Shown here in pieces: positions 49,841 through 59,375 of a stretch of DNA of 64,000 nt. This DNA comes from Chloroflexota bacterium (GTDB taxonomy: Bacteria; Chloroflexota; Anaerolineae; UBA4142). The notes under the pieces are model-generated. The model saw nothing but the letters and a program-made list of their open reading frames with translations. It was not told the DNA's origin and did not search any database. The stretch lies in NCBI GenBank assembly GCA_016215025.1, contig JACRMI010000182.1, positions 2,864-66,863 of the forward strand. Reading direction: 5' to 3'. A program made the position numbers and the translations under genes. The stretch's first letter is position 1; each line of letters starts with the position of its first letter.

Positions 49841-50998
49841 TCAGACCACATTCCCTTCTTGAATCAATCGCCCTTCGGCGAAACGCTCATAGTTCAGCAT
49901 CGAAATATCAATCGTCTTGGCTTGCCCATCGACGATGATTTCGCTCATCAATTTGCCGGTCGCCGGCGAATGCTGGAACCCATGCCCCGAAAATCCCGCC
50001 GCAATGTAGAATCCCGGCAGCGACTGCACCTGCGCAATGATTGGCTGATCGTCCGGTGTGACCTCGTACAACCCCGCCGTTTGACTCGCGACCCGCGCAT
50101 GTTCCAACAACGGCAATCGATATAATGCGCGCTCTAACATTTTCAGATGAAACTCCTCATCGATGGCATATGTGTCGCCGGGCTTTTCGTCTGCATTCGA
50201 CATGCCGACCAGCAAGCCCGCACCCTCTGGATGGAAATAGAGCGACGTTGCCATCTCGATCGTGAAAACATGATCGTGCGGAATTTGCGACAGCACATCG
50301 GTTGTAAAAAATTGACGGCGCACCGGCACGATCGGAATATCCAAGCCAGCCATCTTTCCAATCGATGCTGCCCATGGTCCCGCGCAATTCACCACCGTTC
50401 GAGTCTCTACTTCGCCTTGATTGGTAACGACCGATGAGACGCGTCCACCCTTCGTCTTGATTCCCGTCACCGTCGTCTCGGTTTCGATTTGCGCGCCGCA
50501 TTTCCGCGCACCTTTCGCAAATCCTTGCGTCACACTATTCGGATCGGCGAGTCCATCGCGTGGGCATAGTGTTCCACCAATCACACCTTCAAGATTGACG
50601 AGCGGAACAAGCGCCGCAATTTCCGACGGAGACAAATATTTGACCCACGGCACGCCCACGCGATGCTGCAATTCGACATTGGCTTGAAATGTCTTGACCT
50701 CTTCGGGCGTGGTCAACAAAAAGAGATAGCCAATCGGTCGATAGCTTGCCGATACGCCAAAGAGTTCCTCAAAGTGCGAGATCACGTTGAGCGAAAACAT
50801 CGACAAGCGAATGTTGACCTCGGTCGAGAATTGATAACGCACGCCACCCGCATTTCGACCGGTCGATCCCATGCCCAGGAATTTTTCGCGCTCAAGAAGC
50901 ACAACCGAACCCACCCCACGCTCGGCGAGATAGTACGCGGTGCTTGCACCCATGCATCCGCCGCCAATAACCACTACGTCCGCTGTCTTTGGTAACAT
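49841..50998 (-). CDS. FAD-dependent oxidoreductase (DAO / sarcosine oxidase beta-like)
   Basis: IGGGCMG, GSTGRNAGG, VNCAGPWA, GLYEVTPD, GFSGHGF. Confidence 0.9.
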   Translation of the reverse strand: MLPKTADVVVIGGGCMGASTAYYLAERGVGSVVLLEREKFLGMGSTGRNAGGVRYQFSTEVNIRLSMFSLNVISHFEELFGVSASYRPIGYLFLLTTPEEVKTFQANVELQHRVGVPWVKYLSPSEIAALVPLVNLEGVIGGTLCPRDGLADPNSVTQGFAKGARKCGAQIETETTVTGIKTKGGRVSSVVTNQGEVETRTVVNCAGPWAASIGKMAGLDIPIVPVRRQFFTTDVLSQIPHDHVFTIEMATSLYFHPEGAGLLVGMSNADEKPGDTYAIDEEFHLKMLERALYRLPLLEHARVASQTAGLYEVTPDDQPIIAQVQSLPGFYIAAGFSGHGFQHSPATGKLMSEIIVDGQAKTIDISMLNYERFAEGRLIQEGNVV

Positions 50999-51027
50999 CG
51001 ATGTAACCTCGAAAAAGATTTTATACA

Positions 51028-51090
51028 GTAGCGCGAGCGGCTTCGGCACCAAAGGTGCCGCGCTCGCCGTGAGCGAGCCGCTCGCGCTAC
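51028..51090. repeat. GTAG-type REP doublet
   Basis: gtagcgcgagcggct ... agccgctcgcgctac. Confidence 0.75.
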
Positions 51091-51160
51091 AACAATCAAA
51101 TTTATTTTATCACGGGTGGTACAATCGGGCAATTACAATGATGTACTTGCAACGCGAGAA

Positions 51161-52642
51161 TTAACGGCGCGGAGTAACCGTCGGAGTTGGGGTCGGGTCA
51201 TTCACTGTCGATGTGGTCATGGCAAATTCCCAGACCGCATGAGCCGCCGCATCCGATAGTTCATCGAGCGCCTGATCGTTGATGTTGTTAATGTCATCAC
51301 ACGGCATGTGATAACAATTGTCCAATCCTTGTCCCGCGCCAGAGAAGAGACCGCCTGCCGGAATTCCGACGTCGATGAAAGGATCATAATCGGAGCTTCC
51401 ATCCAAAGCCGTTGGCTCAGTCGCCAAACCGACCGAGTCGAAATAATCCAGAAAAATTTTTTCGACCTCGCCCGACCCTGGGGGTCCCGACGTTCGCGTG
51501 TCGGAGCCATTGCCGTCGTAGACGAAACGCTTGTAATTCGGCGACGCGATCATATCGAAATTCAAGACGACGGCGATGTTCTGGATGCCGCGCGCATCTA
51601 ACTGGTCCACATAGTATCGGGAACCCAGCAACCCTTCTTCCTCTGCACCCCAGAACGCAAACCGCATCTTATTTCTCGGATCGATTTTGAGATTAGATAT
51701 TTGCAAAGCGATCTCCAAAATCGCAGCAGAGCCACTGGCGTTGTCATTTAGGCCGGGTCCCTCGGGCACCGAGTCGAGGTGACCACCCACGATGACGACG
51801 CGATCATCGCGCCCGCCCGGAGTCTCGCCGATGATGTTTTCGGTCGTGCGAAACTCAGTCGATGTCGACGTCGTCAAGTGAAGGGTGACCGCGCCGCTCT
51901 GCATCAAGCGGTATAATTCTTCGCCGACCGCAAAACTGGCGCCGACGACCGGAATATTGATGCCTGGCTCACCGATCATTCCTCTGACCACATCGGCGCG
52001 ACCGGGCTTGCCCTCGTTGAAAATAATGACGCCAGCCGCTCCTGCATTTTGGGCATTGACGACCTTTTGCCGAAACGTGCAGGTACCGCGTTGAATCAGC
52101 GCAATGCGCCCGGCGATAAAGCCCGCAAAGTCGGACGCCTCACAGCCACTCGTCGATGTAGTGGATGCGGCACTCGACGGAATTATAATGTCGGGAGTCG
52201 TTTGCAACTGAGCAGTAACATCCCCGCTGCCCGAGTATCCCATCGCTCTCATATCCGTGCCTACGGTGAAGGATCGGGGATTGGGCGATGTGCGCTCTAG
52301 CACCGGCGGCGCTAACTCTTGAAAGTATGGAAACTGGAATGATTGGCGGGTGACAATGTATCCCGCGCTCTGCAATTTGTTCGCCACGTAATCCGCCGAG
52401 GCTTGATGACCGGGTGTGCCCGCTGCGCGATTGTTGCCGTTATTATCCGCAATCGTCTGAAACGCGACGAGGTGAGTCCGAATGTTGGCGGCAGTTATCC
52501 CCGCGCGCAATGCTGAAGAGTCTTTGGAAATTTGTACCGAGGGGAACAGGGCAGAAATGAGGAGCAGGGTAAGTAAAGCCATGACTATCAGAATGACGAA
52601 CTTGACGGTGAGATTTTTGATTTCTTCCTCCGATCTGAGCAT
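51161..52642 (-). CDS. Secreted M28 aminopeptidase with PA domain
   Basis: PA domain IALIQRGTC.F..K; Zn ligands HLDSV, GLNDNASG, AEEEGLLGS, NFDM, YH. Confidence 0.92.
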   Translation of the reverse strand: MLRSEEEIKNLTVKFVILIVMALLTLLLISALFPSVQISKDSSALRAGITAANIRTHLVAFQTIADNNGNNRAAGTPGHQASADYVANKLQSAGYIVTRQSFQFPYFQELAPPVLERTSPNPRSFTVGTDMRAMGYSGSGDVTAQLQTTPDIIIPSSAASTTSTSGCEASDFAGFIAGRIALIQRGTCTFRQKVVNAQNAGAAGVIIFNEGKPGRADVVRGMIGEPGINIPVVGASFAVGEELYRLMQSGAVTLHLTTSTSTEFRTTENIIGETPGGRDDRVVIVGGHLDSVPEGPGLNDNASGSAAILEIALQISNLKIDPRNKMRFAFWGAEEEGLLGSRYYVDQLDARGIQNIAVVLNFDMIASPNYKRFVYDGNGSDTRTSGPPGSGEVEKIFLDYFDSVGLATEPTALDGSSDYDPFIDVGIPAGGLFSGAGQGLDNCYHMPCDDINNINDQALDELSDAAAHAVWEFAMTTSTVNDPTPTPTVTPRR

Positions 52643-52813
52643 TAGACACGAGTCGCTACAAAAGGATAGTGTCGGGTGGCGTGGTCGCGAAAAATGAAAC
52701 CCGTGTCAGACAAAACCAAACAACATCAAGTATAGATAGACCGCTAATCAACGTCAAGAGGTGGTGCTCAATTAGTTTGACACACATCAATCGCAATGGT
52801 ATTCTTACGATCA

Positions 52814-53698
52814 ATGACTCACCAATCTTCAACTCGCGGCTATCTGCTCATCGTGCTTGCCGCTTGCCTTTGGGCGACCATCGGCTTGTTCACGCGCCAG
52901 CTCCATGATTTGTATGGCTTGTCCGCTTTGACCGTCGTCTTTCTCCGTGCGGGCGTCGCGTTCGTCATCGCCTTTATCGCGCTCGCAATTTTCCGACGCA
53001 AGCTACTTTATTTTTCGCCGAGTCGTTTAGGATTGCTCGTCCTCTACGGACTCGTCGGCATTTCCGTTTTCTATTTCTTGTACGCGCAAGCGATCATCAC
53101 GACGAGCGTTACCACTGCCGTCGTTTTGCTCTACACCGCGCCAGCTTTCGTCACGATCATCGCGTGGCGAACGTGGGGCGAACCGTTGACCGCGCGCAAA
53201 CTCGTCGCCGTTGGATTAGCGATTGTCGGATGCGCACTCGTCGCCAAGGCGTACGATCCCGCAGAGTGGCAACTCAACCTGGTCGGCGTTTTGATTGGCT
53301 TGGGCGCAGGTTTTACGTACGCGCTCTTTACCGTTTTCAACAAAGCGGGCGCAGAGAAATTTCCGCTCGGCACGCTCATCACGTACGAATTGTTTTTCGG
53401 CGCGCTGTTTCTTCTGCCGCTGCAATCACCCGATGCATTTGCGGTGATGATCGAACAGCCAACCGCGTGGGTATTTTTGCTCGGCTTGGTGTTGGGACCG
53501 ACGCTGGGATCGATCACGGTGTTCAACCTTGGCTTGCGCAGTTTACCCGCCAGCAACGTCAGCATCGTTGCGACGATTGAACCGGTCGTCGCAAGTGCCA
53601 TCGCATTTTTCGTTTTCAGCGAACGAATGGATGTGTTACAAATCGTTGGGGGAATAATGGTGATAGGAGGAGCGTTGTGGCTGAGTTTAGTGCAATAG
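52814..53698 (+). CDS. EamA/DMT-family transporter
   Basis: Ten TM segments, LLYTAP.F, IEPVVA. Confidence 0.88.
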   Translation: MTHQSSTRGYLLIVLAACLWATIGLFTRQLHDLYGLSALTVVFLRAGVAFVIAFIALAIFRRKLLYFSPSRLGLLVLYGLVGISVFYFLYAQAIITTSVTTAVVLLYTAPAFVTIIAWRTWGEPLTARKLVAVGLAIVGCALVAKAYDPAEWQLNLVGVLIGLGAGFTYALFTVFNKAGAEKFPLGTLITYELFFGALFLLPLQSPDAFAVMIEQPTAWVFLLGLVLGPTLGSITVFNLGLRSLPASNVSIVATIEPVVASAIAFFVFSERMDVLQIVGGIMVIGGALWLSLVQ

Positions 53699-53768
53699 TG
53701 CGATAGTGCGTAGTTAAAACCCACCTGCACAACTATCGCACTATCTTACTAACACACTATTGCACTAT
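53686..53768. repeat. Inverted tandem array (tagtgc / gcacta family)
   Basis: tagtgcaatagtgcgatagtgcgtagt ... actatcgcactat...cactattgcactat between converging genes. Confidence 0.65.
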
Positions 53769-54622
53769 TGAGGACGCAACCAAAAGAGGAGCACAATCGC
53801 GCCGAGGAAAATCATGGCGTATTCAACCAGCACAATGCGGTTGAGTCGATTCCAAAGATACTGTTGTCCCAGTCCTGCGAACGCATAAAAGAAGACAAGC
53901 AAGAATCCGCCGCCGAGAAAGCCGGAGAGATTCCAATAGTTCAGCACCCAGACGAGTTCGCCCATAATCAAGCCGATGACGACGGAATAAATCCAGGCGC
54001 GGAGAAAATCGGATTCGCTGCCGCGCAACAATTCCAATGCAAGCAAGCCAGCCACTAGGCCAATCGCCGATGCGGAATAGAGACTGCGCAATTTGAGACT
54101 GTAAATCGTCGCGAATAAAATCAACCCGATCAGGTACGTCGCCAGGTTTAGACCGAGTCGTGCCGCACTATATCGACTGTCTTGCAAATCGATGGTTACG
54201 TATTCGGCGAGGACAACGGCGATGAAAAATGCGCCCGCGACGGCAACGAGCAACAATGCGTAGACGCCGTACGCGCGCACATCGGCAAACGCTAACAGAA
54301 TCGTCGCGGTGATGGCGATGAGCGCGGGCAGAATCCACAGAATGAACACGTACCACGTTTCGACAAGATGCACGCGCGGGTGCGTACGGGCAATAGAGTT
54401 CATGCCTGCGCCGGTGAGTCCGGCAAGCAAGAGTGCAATCAACCATGTGCCGGATGTAGTAAAGCTGGCTTCCGATCCCAGAAACGAAAACTCGACGCGA
54501 TAGGTGGGTAAGTCGAGCAGAAGCGAGAGCGTGAGACCGACAAGCACCAAACTGGTGAGAAGACTCAGACGATCCAGCGGCACAAGTCGGCTGGACATTT
54601 GTGAGGACGATTCGTCTAACAT
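53765..54622 (-). CDS. Multi-pass membrane protein (DUF5656-like)
   Basis: R.HP, WILP, E..W.LNYW, FY...G..QQ, EY pattern. Start uncertain (54622 or 54598). Confidence 0.6.
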   Translation of the reverse strand: MLDESSSQMSSRLVPLDRLSLLTSLVLVGLTLSLLLDLPTYRVEFSFLGSEASFTTSGTWLIALLLAGLTGAGMNSIARTHPRVHLVETWYVFILWILPALIAITATILLAFADVRAYGVYALLLVAVAGAFFIAVVLAEYVTIDLQDSRYSAARLGLNLATYLIGLILFATIYSLKLRSLYSASAIGLVAGLLALELLRGSESDFLRAWIYSVVIGLIMGELVWVLNYWNLSGFLGGGFLLVFFYAFAGLGQQYLWNRLNRIVLVEYAMIFLGAIVLLFWLRPQ

Positions 54623-54656
54623 GGACGCATCATAATCATCGAGGGAGTTTTTGTCA

Positions 54657-55319
54657 ATGTTTACGATTATCAGCGCAATCATCGGTGCAGTGGTTGGCGT
54701 GGGAATCAATTGGCTGGCGGATTGTTTCACAGCGCGGTATTCGCTCCAACACAAATTCTATTCACGCTGGCGTGCGCCCATCGTCGTGATCGTCGCGGCG
54801 CTCGCGTTTGCATTCTTGTCGGTGCGATTCGGAACAAGCACAACGTTCTTCCTCACCGCGATTTACACTGCGATCTTCCTCCTCGTGTTTGTTACCGACA
54901 TCGAGCATCGCTTGATTTTCAACATCGTGATGCTCCCTTCAATTCTTTTCGCCGCCATTGCGAGTGTGCTTTTGCTTCCGCGCTGGCAACTCTATCTCTT
55001 GGGCGGCGTTATCGCGTTCATCATCGTCTTCGGCATCTACATCTTTGCCCAACTTTTTGCGCGCTTGCGCCACTTGAACGTTGCAGGCGGCGTCTTTGGT
55101 CAGGGCGATGTCAAGCTCGCGACGTTCATGGGCATCGTCGTTGGTTTTCCTGCGGTGGTGGCTGCGATTCTGTACACGATTGTGCTGGGCGGCATCGGCG
55201 CGATTCTGTTTCTCGGCTATCAACTCGTCGTTCATCGCCGCCTCGCGCTCAGTGCAGCGATTCCCTACGGACCATTTTTTTGCATCGCAGGCTGGGCGAT
55301 CATGGCATTTCAATCCTAA
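54657..55319 (+). CDS. A24-family prepilin peptidase (no Cys-rich N-domain)
   Basis: Catalytic motifs DIEHRLI and FGQGDVKL; IPYGPF. Confidence 0.88.
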   Translation: MFTIISAIIGAVVGVGINWLADCFTARYSLQHKFYSRWRAPIVVIVAALAFAFLSVRFGTSTTFFLTAIYTAIFLLVFVTDIEHRLIFNIVMLPSILFAAIASVLLLPRWQLYLLGGVIAFIIVFGIYIFAQLFARLRHLNVAGGVFGQGDVKLATFMGIVVGFPAVVAAILYTIVLGGIGAILFLGYQLVVHRRLALSAAIPYGPFFCIAGWAIMAFQS

Positions 55320-55335
55320 AAGTTACTACTCAGGC

Positions 55336-55415
55336 TGTCATTTCGACGAGCGGTTTTTGCGAGGAGAAATCTCGCTTTGCATGGACAGAGATTTCTCGCT
55401 TCGCTCGAAATGACA
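55336..55415. repeat. REP-like palindrome, TGTCATTTCGA subfamily
   Basis: tgtcatttcgacgagcgg..gaggagaaatctc..gagatttctcgcttcgctcgaaatgaca, nested within an outer actactcag/ctgagtagt inverted pair. Confidence 0.85.
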
Positions 55416-55580
55416 AAAGGTCTGAGTAGTTACTCCTAAAATTGCCAAACCAGCCAAATGAGCCAAAGTTTGGTTTGGCACATTTGGTATTTTGGCACGT
55501 TTGGCAAATTTGATTTTGTTGCTTTACGTTTTTTGAAATCATGGTAGAATAACGCCAATTAAATTTTGTTGAGGATTTAA

Positions 55581-56126
55581 ATGTCTGCTACCCCCGTTTA
55601 CTGTACCAACCATCCAAAAACTGAAACACTGTTGCGTTGTAACAAATGCGGCAGACCTTTTTGTGTAAAATGCCTTCAGCGCACGCCGGTTGGATATCGT
55701 TGCAAAGAATGTTTGAACGTTCAGCAAGCCGGTTATTACACTGCAACGCCAGTCGATTACGTGATCGTCGCCATTGTCGGGACAATTGCGTCGTTGATAG
55801 GTGGCGGCATTGCGTTAGTGCTTGGCGGCTTTTGGTTCATCTCGATTTTTTACGGGCCTGCGGCGGGCGGCATAATCGCCGAAATAATCCGCTTTGCGAT
55901 TCAACGTCGCCGTGCGAAATATACCTGGCTCGTCGCTTGCGCTACCGTCGTCATCGGTGCGTTTCTTGTCGCCGGCGCATTACCGTTGCTCTTTTTGTTG
56001 CTGTCCTTCGGCTCGCCAAGCTTTGGCCGGCTAGGCGCAGGATTATTCAGCGGATTTTTCAACATCGGTTTGTGGATTTATTTGGTGTTAGCAGTAAGCA
56101 CTGTTTACGCGCGATTGAGAGTCTAG
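55581..56126 (+). CDS. B-box-like zinc-finger membrane protein
   Basis: C.NHP..ET.LRC..C....C..C....PVG.RC..C followed by four TM segments. Confidence 0.8.
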   Translation: MSATPVYCTNHPKTETLLRCNKCGRPFCVKCLQRTPVGYRCKECLNVQQAGYYTATPVDYVIVAIVGTIASLIGGGIALVLGGFWFISIFYGPAAGGIIAEIIRFAIQRRRAKYTWLVACATVVIGAFLVAGALPLLFLLLSFGSPSFGRLGAGLFSGFFNIGLWIYLVLAVSTVYARLRV

Positions 56127-56128
56127 TG

Positions 56129-56197
56129 TGTCACTCTGAGCGAAGCGAAGAGTATCGCAGTGCCACGTTGCGATGCTTCGCTCCGCTCAGCATGACA
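56129..56197. repeat. REP-like palindrome, TGTCA...TGACA family (copy 4)
   Basis: tgtcactctgagcgaagcgaagagt...gatgcttcgctccgctcagcatgaca. Confidence 0.85.
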
Positions 56198-56215
56198 GTG
56201 CGGAGCACATACGCC

Positions 56216-58048
56216 ATGCTGGCTGAAATCGATATTACCAACTTTGCGATCATCGATCACCTGCATCTGCAATTTCATCCTGGGTTCAACGTGATGACGG
56301 GCGAAACGGGCGCGGGCAAATCGATCATTATCGATGCGGTTGGCTCGCTGCTGGGCGGACGCGCGCAAAGCGAATTCGTTCGCGCCAATACCGAAAAGGC
56401 ACGCATCGAAGGAACATTTACGCTGAATCCTTTCGCGCGCGGCGCAATTTATCCCATCCTCGACGAAATTGGCGTCGAGCATGAGGACGAAAATCTCATC
56501 GTCACGCGTGAGATCAATCGCGAGGGTCGCAGCACGTGTCGCGTGAACGGTCGCACGGTGACGCTCCAGGTCTTGCAACGCATCGGCGAATACCTCATCG
56601 ACATTCATGGGCAGAGCGAACACTTGTCGCTCTTGCGCGTGCGCGAGCATATCGATTTTTTGGACCGCTTTGGAAATTTGTGGGAACAGCGCGCGCGCGT
56701 TGCCGAGCAAGTGAAAATCTTGCGCGGCGCGCGCAACGAAATCAAAAAGCTGATGGTCGATGAGCGCGAAAAAGCGCGCCGCGTGGACCGCTTGACGTAC
56801 GTCGTCGAAGAAATCACCGACGCGAATTTGAAACTCGGCGAAGAAGAGGCGCTCAAGCAAGAACGCGAATTGTTGGGAAACGCTGAGCTGCGTGCGAGTC
56901 TCGCCGATCATGCGTATCGAGCGCTATACGGCGAGGGTGAAGAAGAAAAAGGCGCAATCGATTTATTGAACGAGGCAATGCAATCGGTCACTGCTTTGGA
57001 AAAATACGATGCGTCAGTCAAGGCATTGTTTGAAGAAGCCGAAAGTGCGCTCGCGCAAGCCGACGACTTGGCGCGTTCGCTGCGCGCGTACCGCGACAGC
57101 GTCGATCATGATCCCAAGCGGTTGCAGCAAGTCGATGAACGGCTGGATTTGATCTTTCAATTAAAGCGCAAGTACGGCGACACCGTCGAAGAAATTATCA
57201 AATACGGCGAGAACGCCGCCGCCGAACTCGCGACCATCTCGCGCAGCGAAGAACGCATCGAAGAGTTGCGCAAGCAGGAAAGACAATTGCTCAAGGAAAT
57301 CGGCTCGCTCGTGGGCGCACTGTCCGACGCGCGTCGTGAGGCGGGTGAACGCATCGCGCGCGAAATCGAAATGCAATTGCAAGACCTGGGAATGCAGAAA
57401 GCGAAATTCGGCGTATCGATTGAGCGGTGGGACGATTCCGACGGTGTACCCATCGACGGTCGCCATGTTGCAGTCGATACGACCGGTATCGACAAAGTTG
57501 AATTCATGGTATCGCCGAATCCGGGCGAGCCGTTAAAGCCGCTAGCGAAAATTGCATCGGGCGGCGAAACCTCACGCTTGATGCTCGCGATGAAGTCCGT
57601 ACTCGCCGTGGCGGACAACACGCCCACGCTCATCTTCGACGAAATCGATCAAGGCATTGGCGGGCGCACGGGCGGCATTGTTGGGAACAAGTTGTGGGCG
57701 CTCACGCCAACCGCGCAACATCGCGACGGGTATGCCGCATCATCACGAAACACAGACGGAACGAATTCTAGCGGATCTCCCCTTCGTGCTACTGCGTCAC
57801 CACAGCACCAAGTTATTTGCATTACGCACTTGCCGCAGATCGCAGCGTTCGGCGATATGCATTTCAAGATTCACAAGGAAATCATCGACGAGCGCACGCT
57901 CACGAAAATCGAAGAGCTGAACAGCGAGCAACGTATCGACGAAATCGCGAACATGCTAGGAACCGGAACGGCGACGACGCGGCAGAACGCAGAGGAATTG
58001 CTGACGGAAGTAAAAAGTCAAAAGGAGAAAGTAAAAAGTATTGCGTGA
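56216..58048 (+). CDS. recN: DNA repair protein RecN (with about 30-aa insertion)
   Basis: NFAII, TGETGAGKS, IHGQ, ASGGE.SR, FDEID, ITHLPQ. True start is ATG 56216. Confidence 0.95.
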   Translation: MLAEIDITNFAIIDHLHLQFHPGFNVMTGETGAGKSIIIDAVGSLLGGRAQSEFVRANTEKARIEGTFTLNPFARGAIYPILDEIGVEHEDENLIVTREINREGRSTCRVNGRTVTLQVLQRIGEYLIDIHGQSEHLSLLRVREHIDFLDRFGNLWEQRARVAEQVKILRGARNEIKKLMVDEREKARRVDRLTYVVEEITDANLKLGEEEALKQERELLGNAELRASLADHAYRALYGEGEEEKGAIDLLNEAMQSVTALEKYDASVKALFEEAESALAQADDLARSLRAYRDSVDHDPKRLQQVDERLDLIFQLKRKYGDTVEEIIKYGENAAAELATISRSEERIEELRKQERQLLKEIGSLVGALSDARREAGERIAREIEMQLQDLGMQKAKFGVSIERWDDSDGVPIDGRHVAVDTTGIDKVEFMVSPNPGEPLKPLAKIASGGETSRLMLAMKSVLAVADNTPTLIFDEIDQGIGGRTGGIVGNKLWALTPTAQHRDGYAASSRNTDGTNSSGSPLRATASPQHQVICITHLPQIAAFGDMHFKIHKEIIDERTLTKIEELNSEQRIDEIANMLGTGTATTRQNAEELLTEVKSQKEKVKSIA

Positions 58049-58109
58049 TGCGTATTGCGTTGGTTCGCAAATCCCAAATCCTAAATCTGAAATCTGAAAT
58101 GGGGGCAAC

Positions 58110-59012
58110 ATGGACGGCTTGGTTCAATGGGGACTCGAGATCGTTCGGTGGATTCAAACTTTTCGTAATCCTGTTTTCGATCAGTTTTTCCTCAGCATCA
58201 ATTTTCTCGGCGACGAAGAATTTTACCTGCTCTTCTTCCCAATCGTTTTTTGGTGCTTTTCCAAAATGCTAGGCAAACGCTTTGGCGTTTTGTTTTTGCT
58301 CTCGCTGTACGTCAATCAATTCCTCAAAGATTTGTTCGCTGCTCCACGCCCGTATCAAGTAGACAGCAAACTTTATGCGCCAGCCAAGTATACAGGGTAT
58401 GGCATTCCGAGCAGTCACGCTCAAGGCACATTGACCGTCTGGGGCTATCTCGCCACGCAAATTAAATCGCCGGTGTGGTGGATTATCGCCGTCACCATTC
58501 CGCTCTGCGTCGGCATTGGTCGCATGTACTTGGGCGATCATTTCCCGCAAGACGTTCTGCTCGGCTGGGCGCTCGGCATCGTATTTGTTGCGGTGTACGT
58601 CGTGCTCCAAACACGCGTCGGCGATTGGCTAGGGCAGCAATCGATGCAGATGAAGCTCGTAATCGCCGTTATCGTTCCGATCATTCTCGCGTTTCTCCAC
58701 TTTACCCTGGATACCGCAACGCTCCTCGGTACGATGCTAGGTTTCTACGTCGGCTTGATTCTCGAAGAAAGATGGATTGGCTTTGACACGAAAACGGTGT
58801 GGTGGAAACAAGTGATCAAACTGGTGATTGGGCTTGCCGTCACACTGGGTTTGCGATTTAGCTTGAAAGCGATTTTGCCACCGATTGAAATATCCAATTT
58901 CGTGCGCTATGGCGTTATCGGCTTGTGGATCAGTCTTGGTGCGCCCTGGGTCTTTGTGAAAGGAAAGTTGGCAGAGAGTGTTCGCAGTAAACAGTCAACA
59001 GTCAACAGTTAA
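58110..59012 (+). CDS. PAP2-family membrane phosphatase
   Basis: K......RP, PSSH and R.YLG.H..D motifs. Confidence 0.9.
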   Translation: MDGLVQWGLEIVRWIQTFRNPVFDQFFLSINFLGDEEFYLLFFPIVFWCFSKMLGKRFGVLFLLSLYVNQFLKDLFAAPRPYQVDSKLYAPAKYTGYGIPSSHAQGTLTVWGYLATQIKSPVWWIIAVTIPLCVGIGRMYLGDHFPQDVLLGWALGIVFVAVYVVLQTRVGDWLGQQSMQMKLVIAVIVPIILAFLHFTLDTATLLGTMLGFYVGLILEERWIGFDTKTVWWKQVIKLVIGLAVTLGLRFSLKAILPPIEISNFVRYGVIGLWISLGAPWVFVKGKLAESVRSKQSTVNS

Positions 59013-59026
59013 CAGGTGGCGGTGAA

Positions 59027-59300
59027 TGCGTCCGAATTTTATTCGGACGCTCACAAGGTAAAAACTCGATCAGTCGAGTTGAGAATCACAATCGGTTTCT
59101 AACCGTCCTTCGACTTCGCTCAGGATTGATAATTTCCACCTGACTGAGCCGCCGATTTCGAATCGGCGGCATACAACCAAAGGCAGAGTCCCTCTCGGAA
59201 CTCTGCCTTTTGCATTCTGAATACTGTCTTCTGAAAACTGAACACTGTCCTAATGTCTTGCTGTTCACTGTCCACTGTTCACTGGTCTCTGCCCACTGCT
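59027..59300. repeat. Mosaic of palindromic repeats
   Basis: Two twin-hairpin units (gcgtccgaat/attcggacgc + aactcga/tcgagtt; gccgccgatt/aatcggcggc + ggcagagt/actctgcc), a cttcgacttcgctcagga half-REP and an actgttc heptamer array. Confidence 0.7.
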
Positions 59301-59375
59301 CGTCACACTCCGTCCGTGCATCACGTTATAATTTATATGGAGGGGTAATGAATTCTGCCCCTCAAGTGAGGTTGT

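Noticed and set aside
828-56197. Recurring 65-120 bp repeats as a possible CRISPR array
   Set aside because: They are dispersed palindromes, not regularly spaced direct repeats with spacers, and no cas genes are present.
55646-56215. N-terminal 190 aa of the 800-aa ORF, suggesting a RecN fusion
   Set aside because: It is an off-frame shadow of the B-box gene plus a REP. RecN homology starts at ATG 56216.
59027-59215. Multi-hairpin region as a possible tRNA, ncRNA or riboswitch
   Set aside because: No cloverleaf, T-loop or recognisable riboswitch consensus; it is explained by repeat families. An Rfam scan would settle it.
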